From the NCBI GenBank assembly GCA_905178155.1, contig CAJINV010000008.1, positions 4,179,420 through 4,243,419 of the forward strand: 64,000 nucleotides of DNA, read 5' to 3'. Position numbers and translations under genes: made by a program. Origin of the DNA: Amoebophrya sp. A120 (taxonomy: Eukaryota > Protista > Dinoflagellata). Each line of letters opens with the position of its first letter. Positions within the stretch are counted from its first letter, which is position 1. Positions 39,115-51,100 of the stretch are shown here, piece by piece. The notes under the pieces were generated by a model that was not told the DNA's origin, did not search any database, and was given only the letters and a program-made list of their open reading frames with translations.

Positions 39115-42100
39115 ATGTCCAGTACCACGATGAAAACCAAACTTGTAGAAAACAGGGACCGCGCTGCAACTGGCTTGCCTGTTGCAGGCAAAAATGGTGG
39201 CGCCTCCGCCGAGAAGGAGTACGGGCAGACGGATGTTTATGCGGAAAATTTAACAACATCGCCACCTGACTACTCCCTGCACTGGCTTCTGGTGGCCATT
39301 GCCGTCCTGATACAGTTTTGGCAAGGGAAATACATTCTGTCCATCCACTGCGGTTGCAGCGAGTTATCAAATGTATAACCGGGCATCTTTCACGTTCTTC
39401 ACGTTCAACAGCGCATGCATTTTTACAAAAGAACTTTTGGCTGCTCGTAACACAACGTACAAATTGTACGGTTGAAAAGATTTACATTTGCTTCGTGTCA
39501 CACACTTCACAAGGACGACCTCGTCGCATCGACGATCATGGTGACAGACCAAGAATCTTTTTTCGTGGAACTTCGCGTAACCCGACTGCAGCGGCACATG
39601 CCCGTCCGTCGCGGCGCTACGCAGTGGGTTTCAGGGTATCGGACCTGATCCACCACCACCTATTTTCACGTTGAGTACTATTATGAAAAACTGCGAAGAT
39701 CGATGAAGATAGTCCTAGTTTTGCAGCGGATACAGAACGAGCCAAAGTGCGGTGGGCGACTCTGGTGCAGCTGGAGCGGCTGCAAGTAGCATCGCACCTC
39801 AGCAGCTGTCGCACGCAAAAACGGTGCTCAATCGAGTGGCCCAGTATCAAAACCGGGCCATCCCCTTCCCCGATGCAGCGGTGCTCGGCGGAAGTGGAAC
39901 AGCACATGCGACGGCAGCGAGTAATGCAGCAGCGGCATCCGCGATGAATTTGAATGCAGCAAGGCAAACGAGCGGTGGCGGCGTGAAACGGCGGCGAAGG
40001 AGAAGGAAAAGCAAAACTACGAGCAGCGATGATGGTAATAAAACCGTGGGGAAAGAAGATATGCAAGTGAAACCTAGTACAGCTGGCAGCGCATCGTCGC
40101 CTGGAGTACGCGAACATTATCAGCAGGGGGACCCAGCATCAAAAACGCACGTCAATGTGGTGCGCGGGAATGACAGCGGAGGCGCAGCCGAAGTCCGCTC
40201 CGCGACGGTGCGACCAGAACTTCTGCCCACAAAAGCGCACAGCTTTAACCTGCTATCTTGCGTAAAAACGTCCCCACCCCAAAGTCCTCATGCCAATCTG
40301 CATCCCTGAAAAAAAATGCTTCTTATGCCTGAAAAAATAAAGTCGTGTACATGAATAAAGGTAGGATCCTGGATCTGTGACGCTGCAGCACTAGCTAAAC
40401 ACGAGTGCATACCAAGCCGAGCGAACAACTTGCTTCTCTCGCGCAACAAACAAAAGAAGTGGAAGCTTTGTATTCGCAGACTTTCTATCTCGACTCTGGC
40501 GCAGGGACGTTTTTGCACAGGATCCCTGCTCGATTTTCTTCTCAATCGTCACCCGCGTGGTATTGGTGTTGTTCTCGGAGTGGGCCGAAATCCGCTGGCG
40601 CTTTTGCATTGCAAATATGTCTGGGTCTAGAAAAGTTGAAACTTGTCATGCGAAAAAGTCTGGCTGGCAGACTGAATCTATGTTGCGTGAGCGCAAAAGT
40701 TGCCCGCCTCTTGCGATGTTGCAGCAAAAGGCGGATTTATCATACGGGATAGGCATGAGCAAGGTCTCGCAAAATCTATGATCTTTTTTGTACAATCCAG
40801 ACCAGGTGTCGCGTGGTCTGCGAAAACTTAAAGTCTTGCACTCTCCTAGATCCAGACATATTTGCATTTGATAGCGCTGGACTTGCTGCAAAGCTGGCAC
40901 ACGAGTCCGGGCCTCTACCTGGTGGACCCCTTCATACACATTTACCGTATCAACCTGCAGAAAAAAAGCGTGCACCACACCGAATTTCGAATCCAATAAC
41001 AATGAACTTCTCTCCATACTAGCACCCTCAGGTTGTTCCGTTCATTTACACAAGAGAGGTTTTGTTCCTCTTCCTCCCGCTCCTGTTCAATATGGTTGTA
41101 AGTAATTAGCCGCGCGCTCCTATAATTCAACCTCGTAATTTATTTTTTTGCATGAGAAACATACGATGCTATGGTGTAAGTAGTGCAAACCTCCTGTTTC
41201 TGTGGTGATACTCCAAGGCTACGACGAGCCCGAGAACCTGTCCGACATTGAGCACCAACGGGTTATCGCACTGGGAAAATGATCCTGATATCACTTTTGT
41301 CATGCGAAAATGGTAGAAAACTGCCACCGGAAAAAGACAAGTTTTTCTTCCAGAAAGAAAAAAAACCCTGTCTTTCATACCGACTATAGTTTACATCGAT
41401 GGGTCACTCCGTTGTCGTCCTGGTTCCTCCGTGCTGGGTCTTAGTCTTTGTCTTTCTCCTGTATTGATGCATGTAAATACTTACTTGTCAGTAACCAGGT
41501 TTCTTTTTCGAAACGATAAGCCTGTTCGAGGACCTGCGGAACAAAATTCACCGATTTGAGGGAAGGTATGTTTGTGCTGGTGGTCATGTGGCAAGGAACT
41601 GTGCAGTGAGTCCCCCCTAGCACACTAGCAAGGCACCAAAAATGCAAGTGCCAGTTTCTACTTTGCGAAGTAGAACTACGATAAGATGTGCGTGTAATGA
41701 GGATCATCTTAATCATCGGTCGGTACTTTTTCTCGTCTCAGGTACAGCCTCATGCGCGACTTCTCGGAGTCGTTCGCAGTAACCTGGCGCCACAACCCGC
41801 TGCAACAGCCGTATGGTGATGAAGACGATCGGGTCATTTGTCATTCTGGCAGGAAAAAAATGGAAATACTGCACCGAATTATTCCTCAAAGCTGAAGCAA
41901 GACTAATAAAGTCTGTTTAAATGACATAGACAAATGCATGCTGGTACGCAACGAATATCATCATGAACGTCATAGAATTGTACGGAGCAAGAACTGGGAC
42001 AAGAGCAGCCAATTCATACATTATCTATCCACCTCGAGGACGCGCCAGTGATACCCGCCATTTGTTTGTGAAATAAAGGCGTTTTTAGGGAAAGACAGCA

Positions 42101-42620
42101 ACTAGTACCAAGAACGTTGAATGTTAGCTACTTCACTTTCCCTTCCGACTGTACAAGAAGCGCGTGCGCTCTTGAGACAAAGACCCGGACGATAGTTTTC
42201 CCGGTACACCTGACCCCCGCCACTGAGTCTGGTGTACATAGACAACAACCCCGCGAAAGAAGCCGTGCTGCGTGACCTGTCCGATTGGTGGCAAGCGCTC
42301 GGCCCCGGAGGGATCATCTGCGGCCCAAACTGGAGCAGGAAAGCGGGGGTATAAAGCCTTAATATGAACAAATAGAATCTTCTCCAGTTTTTTTTTCCAA
42401 ATCCAGTATCTGATATGCCTGACCTTATCGTTAAGTACCGCACTGCACATGCGTGGTCTGCGTCTGCTGCGCAACAAGAACCCCAAAAAAATAAGAAAGC
42501 ATCGTGGTGCCTGTCACTGTTTGATATTGCGAAGATGGGAGGGACATCAATGATCCATGATTATTATCAAACCAGGTCCAGCAAGCGGTGTCGGAGTTCG
42601 CTGCGGCAGTTATCAAAAAC
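39115..42620 (+). CDS. Class I SAM-dependent methyltransferase (Methyltransf_24-like) with N-terminal TM anchor; 3' end unresolved (possibly to ~43058)
   Basis: Reconstructed GIGVVLGVGRN..LLQSW..LYLVDPF..YDEPENLSDIEHQR..RFEGRYSLMRDFS..LVYIDNNP..VLRDLSDWWQALGPGGIICGPNW..VQQAVSEFA follows the family motif order. Five elements are removed. Confidence 0.72.
39365..39732. mobile_element. Degenerate introner element now readable as a GT-AG intron
   Basis: tatcaaatgta...tgcagcggata; flanks cgagt/cagaa; element+5 equals GT-AG intron 39363-39735. Confidence 0.65.
40254..40524. mobile_element. Introner element, family B
   Basis: TSD cctgc/cctgc; tatcttgcgtaaaaacgtcccc ... gggacgtttttgcacaggatc. Confidence 0.9.
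40603..40873. mobile_element. Introner element, family A
   Basis: TSD gcgct/gcgct; tttgcattgcaaatatgtctgggtctag ... ctagatccagacatatttgcatttgata. Confidence 0.9.
40948..41210. mobile_element. Degenerate introner element
   Basis: tatcaacctgcagaaa ... tttctgtggtgata; flanks taccg/ctcca; frame restored. Confidence 0.7.
41264..41518. mobile_element. Degenerate introner element
   Basis: tatcg...cgata; flanks cgggt/agcct; frame restored (QRVFEDLRNK). Confidence 0.65.
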
Positions 42621-43740
42621 ATCGAAAGATTTAGATTTTCGTTGTTGCGCACTCTTTTGGGGTCGCTCTTTGCATCATTTCACAAGAACTCCCACTCCCC
42701 GGCGTCACAACTCCTAAATGACCGCTGCAAAGATAAGAAAGTCTCAAGAACTGACATCATTGACATCGATCTGGCCCAATCTTCTAGCACTCGCTGTAGG
42801 GATCAGCCGTCGGAGATGCTACGAACGAAAAACGGAAGAAACGGAAACAAAAAATCTTTCCAAACCCCATATCTTTCAACCGTCCGATCCAGCTCTTCCA
42901 AGACCAAGACACCTGGTTTCTGGAGTCGTGAAATAAATCCTGACGAGGACTATCAATGGCTAAATGTGGTGGGCTTCTTTTCTTTCCTGCTCGCTGCTGG
43001 GGACCTGGTTTTGAGCACAATGTTTATCCCTGCTTCAAGAAAGAAGAGTGAAGATTGATTCACGACTTCCCAGGCCAGCCGTGCAACTTCTGATCGACTT
43101 GGATAAGCTCCTGCTTCCATTGACTGACGTAATCAGCGAGAAATGCAGGTGGAAAATGTTGAAAAGGAGTCTGGCGCTGGCCTGCAGCGCTTAACATTTT
43201 CGACGTGTGTTGCAGGGCAAGGATCGCGCGACGAGATTTCTTCATAGCTATGGTGTTTAAGTATGGTTTTCCAACGAGATGAATCTCAAATCTGTATCGC
43301 TCTCGGCTACTAGCACTAGAAATTTGTTGTGTTTCATCTCTGCGCGGCGGCAAAAATGTCGTGTTCGAATGCTAGCCATCGCCGTCCCGCCGGTCGTGGG
43401 GACCTGCTGGTACTCGCTTTTCCAGCACCCGAGAAGTGGTCGGTTGCTTCCTGCTCGCCGTATCTATGTAAAAGGTACGACAAAAACTCCTTCGCACAGC
43501 CCCTCTGCATCGAAGAGAGTGCGAGCAATAGAGGTTGAGAGTGAATGGTGAATGCATATACAACGGCGATTTGCTTTCTAAAGAAACATCATGAGCAGCA
43601 CTACCGCTAGTATTTGAGGTGCGTGACCCCCGCAACACTACCTGCGACCGCCGGGAAAACAAGCGGTGTAACCGCTGGTGCTGCCGCAGGTCCGCGTCCG
43701 TCTGCTTCGTTTTGGAACTGCTGTCGCCAGAAAACTGAAG

Positions 43741-46018
43741 ATGGTGCCCTCCTCGTCTTCGTCCTCCGGCCAGTATCACCGCAAGCGACCCGCAGTGTCG
43801 CCTCCCGATCAAGAACCAAAAGGGGCTGGCACGACGATCCCTATAGCCGGTGAAAAAGATGGAAGAGCCGAGGAGGTTGCGTTGATTCCGGCTCGTGGCG
43901 GTGGTGGGGACGCAAGAACTGGAGCATTGAAGCGGGCCAAGAAGGCAACACCACCACGGAACGCGTCAGCGGCTACGGGAACGACCGCAGGGGTGGTGCT
44001 CTCGCCTTTGACAGCAGCATTCAAACACGAAAGAACTCGCGCTGGCGCGGCCCGGCCTCCTGAGCAACCGGACCACGGGCGGTCATCGCCTAGTTCAAGC
44101 AAGATGCTTTCCGCCGCCGCTGGACCACCCCCTATCAGATGCAATACTAGAAATATGTCTAGGTCCGGAAAAGGGCAGACGTTTGCCACGCAGCATTTGC
44201 ATACCCACTCGAACGTTCTGCCTCTCACAGGCAGCCAATACACTAAGTGGCATCTTCACACGTTTCGATCAGGTTTCTCGACGTTCTCTACTCCGCATGG
44301 GCAAGAAAAATCCGTGGTTTGGATGGTAAAGAGGACTGGGCTCAACTGCTTTTCTTGTCCACGGATGACCGATTTGTGTGTGACCTAAAATGCGCCTCGC
44401 AAGAAGTTTGCCTCCGTCCAGACCCAAACATCTTTGCAATGGATAGGACCTGCGGGCTCCTCGTCTTCGTCAGGCGCTGCCAGTGGGCGGGCCAACGACG
44501 TGTTGAACCTCACCCTCCAAAAAGGAACATCGCAAATACACAGCACTCACCGACCCCCGGGGGCGGGAGAGGATGTGCAGGAAGTTGCAAAGCCGCCGAC
44601 CACAACGACCAATCCTCGTTCTACCGGCGCCGGCGCGGATGTAAAATCTTCGTGCTACGACTCATCCGTTCTGTTGGGTGCGAACAAAAAGCGCGAGGAT
44701 CTGGGGGGCGTGCGGCCTCGATCGCAGCTGGACGCTGCGCCCAACTTCATCCGTGTCGCGGGTCGCGGGTTGACAGCGGTGCCGAGGTATTCCAGCTTGA
44801 TATCAAGCGAAAATACGTCTGGCGGTCCGGAAGGTTGCGTGCTGTTTGTCATCAAAGCTTTCTCTTTGCAAAGTGTCTGGAAAATGCAGGCCTTAGTATC
44901 ACAAGTTTTGCAGCCCCTTGAACTACATACCTAGGTATCTATGATTCTGCATGAGAAATGGAAATCCCTTTTCAGCGTGGCCAGCAATAGGCATCTCTTG
45001 CAAGTCATGCAAGACACCTGATTGTGTGATCCGCAATACGCACCACTCTTCTTTCCCGACCCAGTCATTATATTTGCGACGCATGCTTGAACTTTCAGTG
45101 CGACACGGAGCGGGTGGAGCGAGCAAAATTGGCGAAATTGCTGGGATACCCTGTGCAAAAGCATCGTACTCGTAGTAATCGCGGTCATGCATTACAAGTT
45201 TCTTTCTCAAGTTAAATCCGCATTACAAATTTCATTTCTCATGCTGAGGAAATTTGTCATGCGATTTATACTAGTACGATGCTTTTGCATTTCATATGGA
45301 AAAGACATCTCAACGCGAAGGTGACCCGCCAGGGCAAGGGCGTGGTATCTTAGTAAATGTGTCTGAGTTCTATGAAATTGGATTTGGATTGTACACGTCT
45401 ATATCTTCTACCCGTCCGCGCGCCGTCGAGTTTTGGAGCTTTATAACGTTCGATATCTATGACGTATAGATACCTCTTAACTTCCCCACACTTCTTACAG
45501 CTTCAAAAAGAACCGTAGTTTTTTGTACGCATTGATTTGAAGATTCTGTTCATGCTGACGTGCACCTGCGGAAACGGGAAATCTCATCTATGAGATGAAA
45601 CTAAATTTCTGTCTTGCCATTATACAAACAACAAGGTTTATCTTCCGAGCAGTCCCGCGTCGAGACGAGCAGTTACGCCCCGAAGCAGGACCATACAAAG
45701 GCAGACGAAAATGGCTGGGTGCGCGATGTGAGTCGCGGCGCGAGGATGAACGAGAATCTTAGCACCGCAGAGCAGAAGCCAGAGACCACGACAAATTCGC
45801 TTGTCCAAAACCAAAATCGACAAAAGCATACGAGTTCTGCTACGCGCTCGGAAAACAAGGAAGCGGCTTCCTTTCGCAAAAAGGAGACTGCTGAATCGAG
45901 TACCAATGCTCGGCTTTTATTTCAGGACCCTCCCGCCAATCAGCCGTCTGCTTCAAAGAAAATGAAAGCATCACGAAAAGCAGCGATGGCCGCCGCCATG
46001 CTCAAAAGCAGTACGTGA
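43741..46018 (+). CDS. Low-complexity hypothetical protein
   Basis: ORF blocks 43678, 44434 and 45614 join in frame across elements 44133-44445, 44801-45085, 45147-45296 and a GT-AG intron (~45345-45635). No recognisable domain. Confidence 0.5.
44133..44445. mobile_element. Introner element, degenerate family A
   Basis: tatcagatgcaa..atgtctaggtccgga ... tccagacccaaacatctttgcaatggata; right flank ggacc also occurs at 44122-44126. Confidence 0.75.
44801..45085. mobile_element. Introner element, degenerate family A
   Basis: TSD cttga/cttga; tatcaagcgaaaatacgtctgg ... cccagtcattatatttgcgacgcatg. Confidence 0.8.
45147..45296. mobile_element. Short (150 nt) introner element
   Basis: Flanks tggga/tggaa; inverted repeat tgcaaaagcatcgtact / agtacgatgcttttgca. 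Confidence 0.8.
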
Positions 46019-46706
46019 TAAAGCAGTATTAGTCCTAGCAGCAGACAACGACTCTACTTGTAGCTGCGCTGTAAGATTGGTAGCAGAACCGAAGAGGAAT
46101 ATAGACAGAAGAACTCCAAACAGCGAATTACTGACTCGTCCAGAGCAGGCAGCTTTGCACAGAATCATGCTAAAATGCACAACTCCCTAGTACTTATCAT
46201 GATTGTTTCGCAGTGGAGTACTTGCGCAAGCGCCGTTTGGGGGTCGCAGATAGTTTTCACCCCTGAATCTGAACCAACACTGACGCTCTGCAAAGAAATA
46301 ACGGACCTCTGCGAGCGTGTCGCTCTCTGAGCTAAAGTCTGTTTTGTTGTGCACCATCTTTTCACTCTGCGCTGGAAATACAGCGTGAAAAATGTTTTCT
46401 TTGCAATATGTATCTCGTGATCATGTGATATTCATCTTCTCGTGCGCTTCGTCATCATGTAGTTCTTGGAAATGTTTATTCTAATCTTTTCGCCCTTTTC
46501 GGCGTGGAGCCAGTCGTTTTGCAACCTGCAACAAAGTTCTTCTCAGCAAGTGTTGCAGTTTTCTCTTCTGTGTTGTGGAGCATGACACCGTCTTTCACGC
46601 TCCTCGTTTTTCATCCGTTCATCGAGACGTTGACGACCTACTTGCCGTTGGTTAGCTGGATTTATTTTTAGTTCTTGTTCTACTACAAAATGTCTCACTC
46701 TCCTAT

Positions 46707-47870
46707 TTGCAATGCACAAATGTATATACCGATCTTGGCTGCAAAAATTTAATCTATCTTTTCTCTCTCTCTCTGTCACACCATTTCCGCGATCGGTCGT
46801 TTCTTGCCGTACGCCGACTCTGTGGGTCCCCAAAGTTCGTCATTTGGTTCCCGGATCTGGAAGATCATTGCAAGTTTCTTGTTCTCCTTCTACATTATCA
46901 TTTATCAAGTTGTTTCCATACCAGCACGATTCACAGAATTTTCGCCCTAGAGCACGACTCAGGCAGTTGCGCCGTGGTCCGGACGGGTTATTACGCACAG
47001 GTGGTGGATATCGATAATATCAGTATCTTCTCCCCAGTGTGGGAACGAAAACGACTTCTACCAGCAGTGCCGCGAATGGAACAACTGCGTGGACCGCGAC
47101 GATGTCGTTCCAGTAGTTTTACTTTTTTTGCGCGAGGAAATACAAGAGGCGCCGGTCCTCGTATGATCGAATCTGTTACCTCCACCTATTCCGCGGCGCC
47201 AGCCGTGGCAGCGCCCGGTGAAGCAAAACATGATCCTGTGGTTTTTGATGACCGGCCTCGCGGCACGATGGATCGGCGAGAATCCTCGGCGGGATTCCTT
47301 TTCTTGAGGAGAGCTAGGAACAAAGAAGGAGTCGACCTAGTCGGTCCTTCTCGTCGTTTTTGTAGTTGCGGAAAGGTGGACGTCGACAACCTGAAGATGT
47401 GCGACCTCCACTTGGCGAACGACCATGGCCACGCAAGAAGGTCCGCCTTTACTGAGGACAGCACAGCGCCAGCGCATCTTCGACAAGTAGTTCCTCTCCA
47501 CGGTGGCAGCAGCAGGAGTAGAGGAACCCACCCCGCAAGAAGACACTACACAGCACGACCCGTCGTGTCTTCGCTGCCGTCCGAAAGTTATCGTATGAAA
47601 TGCGGCGCCTTTCCGCCCCGCCAAGGTGGAGAACGACCCGCTGATCTCCGCGGCTCTTCCTTGAGAAGTTGTCCATCAAGAAAGAGGACTCGTAGCGCAC
47701 CACTAGGTGAAGTAGACATCACCTACGCACCTTCGCCTTTCGGGGACAGTGAGGTCGTGGATGGACAACCTCTTGCTGTTATCCCGTGTACAAGAAACGA
47801 CGTACGCAGTGCCCTACATCACTTGCTCTTGCGTGGTTTACATTTAGATTTACAATGCACATTCGCATGA
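46707..47870 (+). CDS. Possible hypothetical protein (387-aa ORF)
   Basis: Long open frame only, on the locally coding strand. No motif recognised. Confidence 0.25.
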   Translation: MQCTNVYTDLGCKNLIYLFSLSLSHHFRDRSFLAVRRLCGSPKFVIWFPDLEDHCKFLVLLLHYHLSSCFHTSTIHRIFALEHDSGSCAVVRTGYYAQVVDIDNISIFSPVWERKRLLPAVPRMEQLRGPRRCRSSSFTFFARGNTRGAGPRMIESVTSTYSAAPAVAAPGEAKHDPVVFDDRPRGTMDRRESSAGFLFLRRARNKEGVDLVGPSRRFCSCGKVDVDNLKMCDLHLANDHGHARRSAFTEDSTAPAHLRQVVPLHGGSSRSRGTHPARRHYTARPVVSSLPSESYRMKCGAFPPRQGGERPADLRGSSLRSCPSRKRTRSAPLGEVDITYAPSPFGDSEVVDGQPLAVIPCTRNDVRSALHHLLLRGLHLDLQCTFA

Positions 47871-48182
47871 TGCGGTGAACAACCATGATCTCGCCTGCAG
47901 CTCGTCCCTCCAATTTATTACTACGGCCGCCAATTTCTCCGTGTTACGTGCTCTGATCAGAACATTGAGACAAGAGGTTGCTCTTTGTGATGCGCGTCCT
48001 GGATTTTTACCGCCGCGGCGGCGCCACGACTAAATCTAAGGCTCCTCATCATGCACACACGTCACACGCCCCCGTGAGTCCCAAAACTATTCTGGACTAG
48101 TAGTCGAGCAGATTTTTTCTCATCTTGTTGACCTTTATGGCGTAGTATCTATTACGGGTAAAGTCGGTTTTTACACGGGATC

Positions 48183-51100
48183 ATGATTGCGACTAGTAAG
48201 GTGCAAGGCGCGACGATGGAGGTGCGACTGTGGAACTCAGGTTCCGAGACGAGGATGGAGACCCCCGACGAGGAAAAGCACGAATTGCATAGAAATGGTC
48301 GTGCTCCACGGTGCCCTGCTTTCACGGCAAGAAGTCGCAGCACGCCGCCCATCAAGCATCAAGCACGCCGCCGAAGAAAAAGTAGAAAGAGAACAACCAA
48401 CTCCACAAAAACCCGATCGACGGACGTGGAGGAAACTGGCTCCCGGATGAAGATCAGCACCCGGCATGACGATGTTCCGTGCCATCACCATCGCCCCGGC
48501 CGCACTCGTGGAAGTTTTTCTTTTCCGACTTTGCTAACCAGACCGAAGATAAAGATGCGGACACTCGGCACCAGATGGGAACCCGCACCAGCACCCCGGT
48601 CGTGGAAAAAAACTTGCGCGAGCGCGGTGACTGAAGATGATAACTTTTTTAGCAGTAGTAGTCACAGACGCTCGTCCTCGTGGAGCAGGATTTTCTTTCC
48701 TAATGTGGCCGCCCGCAGTTGTCAGCAAGAACTTCGAAACGGCGCCCAAATTTGTGCTACTCGTGTACGAGGTGGAAGCGAGCAGGCGGAGAATGGACCT
48801 CCGTGTCGCCCCTTCAGCTCCGGGGCCTGTTCTTCGCCGGATTGTGCAAGTAAGGTAGCCAGGGCATTTTTCACCCTGCAGCCGCCGCGGCGACCACATG
48901 AAGGCACGAGAAGACCCTCTCGTGACAGCAACGATAGAAAACGGGAGTGCAGCTCTTTTCTGGTGCCCCAAGAGAACGACAAACAGCCTGCAGTTTTTCA
49001 TCTGGCACGACAGAAAAGAAGCAGCAGGTCTTGCAAAACCGCAACGTCTAGCACTTCGTCCTCTGTCTCTGCTTCGCAGACGACTACCCCAGGTTGCCCG
49101 CGTCCAACGTCGGCGAATACAAAGATCTCAGCGGGGAATAAGAAGAACACAAGCAGTGCTGAGCTGCAGGTGTCCCCCTCGTCTCGACCACGCCGGAAAA
49201 GAAAAACTCCCTCAGAGGAACCGGGATCAAATGATCGATCTGAAACTTCGTCTGAGTCAAGACATAAACATCTTCCAGATGGAAAAATTGTACAAGACCC
49301 AGCGGAACAGAAGAAAACGAAGCCGCTACACTTGCGACCATGGTCGTCTTCTTCAGGCCTCACCGCAGTCCTCATTCACTTTTGCGCGACCGCGAGCCTG
49401 CTGCATCTTTTCCTGTGGGAGAACAATTCGCACTCAAAGATTACAGTCGCTACTACTTGTAGTTCCACGCAAGAACGAAGTCACTGTTTATTTGGCACAC
49501 CACCCTTGTTCAGCGCTGCCCTCGCTGCGACCGCCCCTGCAGGCGCGGCCACCGGAGGGGCAAGTAGTACGACGGCGACGACGACCACGACCAGCAACGC
49601 TCTGCCCTACGACCTCATCATGCCGGCTCTGCGCAATTTGACCGAGGACCAACTGGCGGAGAGCTCGGTATGCATAATCGCGAATATGTCTACGGTCTAG
49701 AATAAAGATGCAGATCATTGTCATGCGGATTTATTTTGCATGTCCCGCGATGTTTGCGTTTGCAAGGTAGTCTAGCATCACAGGTTCAGCAGGGTCTCTG
49801 CAATGACTACCTTGCTGTGTGAGAAAGTCCAAAATGACACTGGGCATCTTTTCCTCCTATATGCAAGACAGAGGCTTTGTGTGACCCGCAACAGGCATCA
49901 CAAATTTCAGACCCAGACTTGTTTGCAATGGATACTCGGGGCTCATCGACATATCCAAATCTACCTGTTGGGTCGGCCAATTTACCGCCGACGCCTGCTT
50001 ATCCACTGCAAAGGTGTCTACGTGTCGTGGAACATTGCAACTTGTGACGCTGGTGGAGCTTGTTTGTCTGGAGTAAACAAAAAATCTAGAATCTGTCTTG
50101 CATACCTAGCAAAAAGAACCCGCTTTTTGTCTCCCAAATAGGGCGTTTCTCATGCAGCCTTGGCATGGAAAAGCCTCACCGGAGGTTGTCATGCTCTGTG
50201 CACACTCCAGACCGACCGTCCTGCAGGTCCAAACTACTAAAGTGCAGGAAAAGCGTCTGCACTCTTCCACACCCAGACATGTTTGCAGGTGATGTTGCTG
50301 CCGCTTTCAGAATCCAGACTGCTGGGACGAACACATGACCATGGGATATGGCTTGCAAATATTGTGGGTCCGAAAGAATTCCAACTTGTGATGCGAACTC
50401 CAAATCATAAGATGAAATTTGCGCTGCAACAACGCGAAGAGCTGCCCACTTCTTGCTACGCGAATAGGGAGTTTCTTATACGGGGCGTGCATCAAAAAGC
50501 CCGCGCAAAAGCTGCAATGCCGTTGCGTGCACTCCAGATCTGATCATATGCCTCGTCCGCAAGATGCATGACAAACTAGCCGCGCCGCGCACTTCCAGAC
50601 CCAGACCTATTTGCAATGCATATGGCAGAATGTAACAAGCTGAAAATGAGATCATCAACAAACAAATTCTTCTCTCGTCGAAGGTTGGAATGAACTAACA
50701 AACAAACATGAACTAGGTTTTTACGAGATTGAGAAATGCGAAACCTACTTTACATTGAGCGGCCAGCGCAACAAGGATGAAGATTCGACCGTATCGCCAC
50801 AAAGAATATCATGGAACTACAGGTTGCCCCAATTCCGACTGTTGGGAGGGTGCCTACAACTACGAATTCTGCTGCAGTGGGGGCCCGCGTGGAAACCCGC
50901 AGTGCTGGGGGGACGTGTACAACTACGAACGGTGCTGCGCGCTGACCGAGCCGAGTACCTTACGCATTGCAAATATGTATCTCCGGGCCTGCCTGGAAAG
51001 CGAAAGACGTAAACAACTTGGTCTGATGCTAAGTCTGGAATGGACGAAAATCTGTCTTTTTTCATAGTCAGCACAAAGCGTTGCTTTCTTCCTCCTGAAG

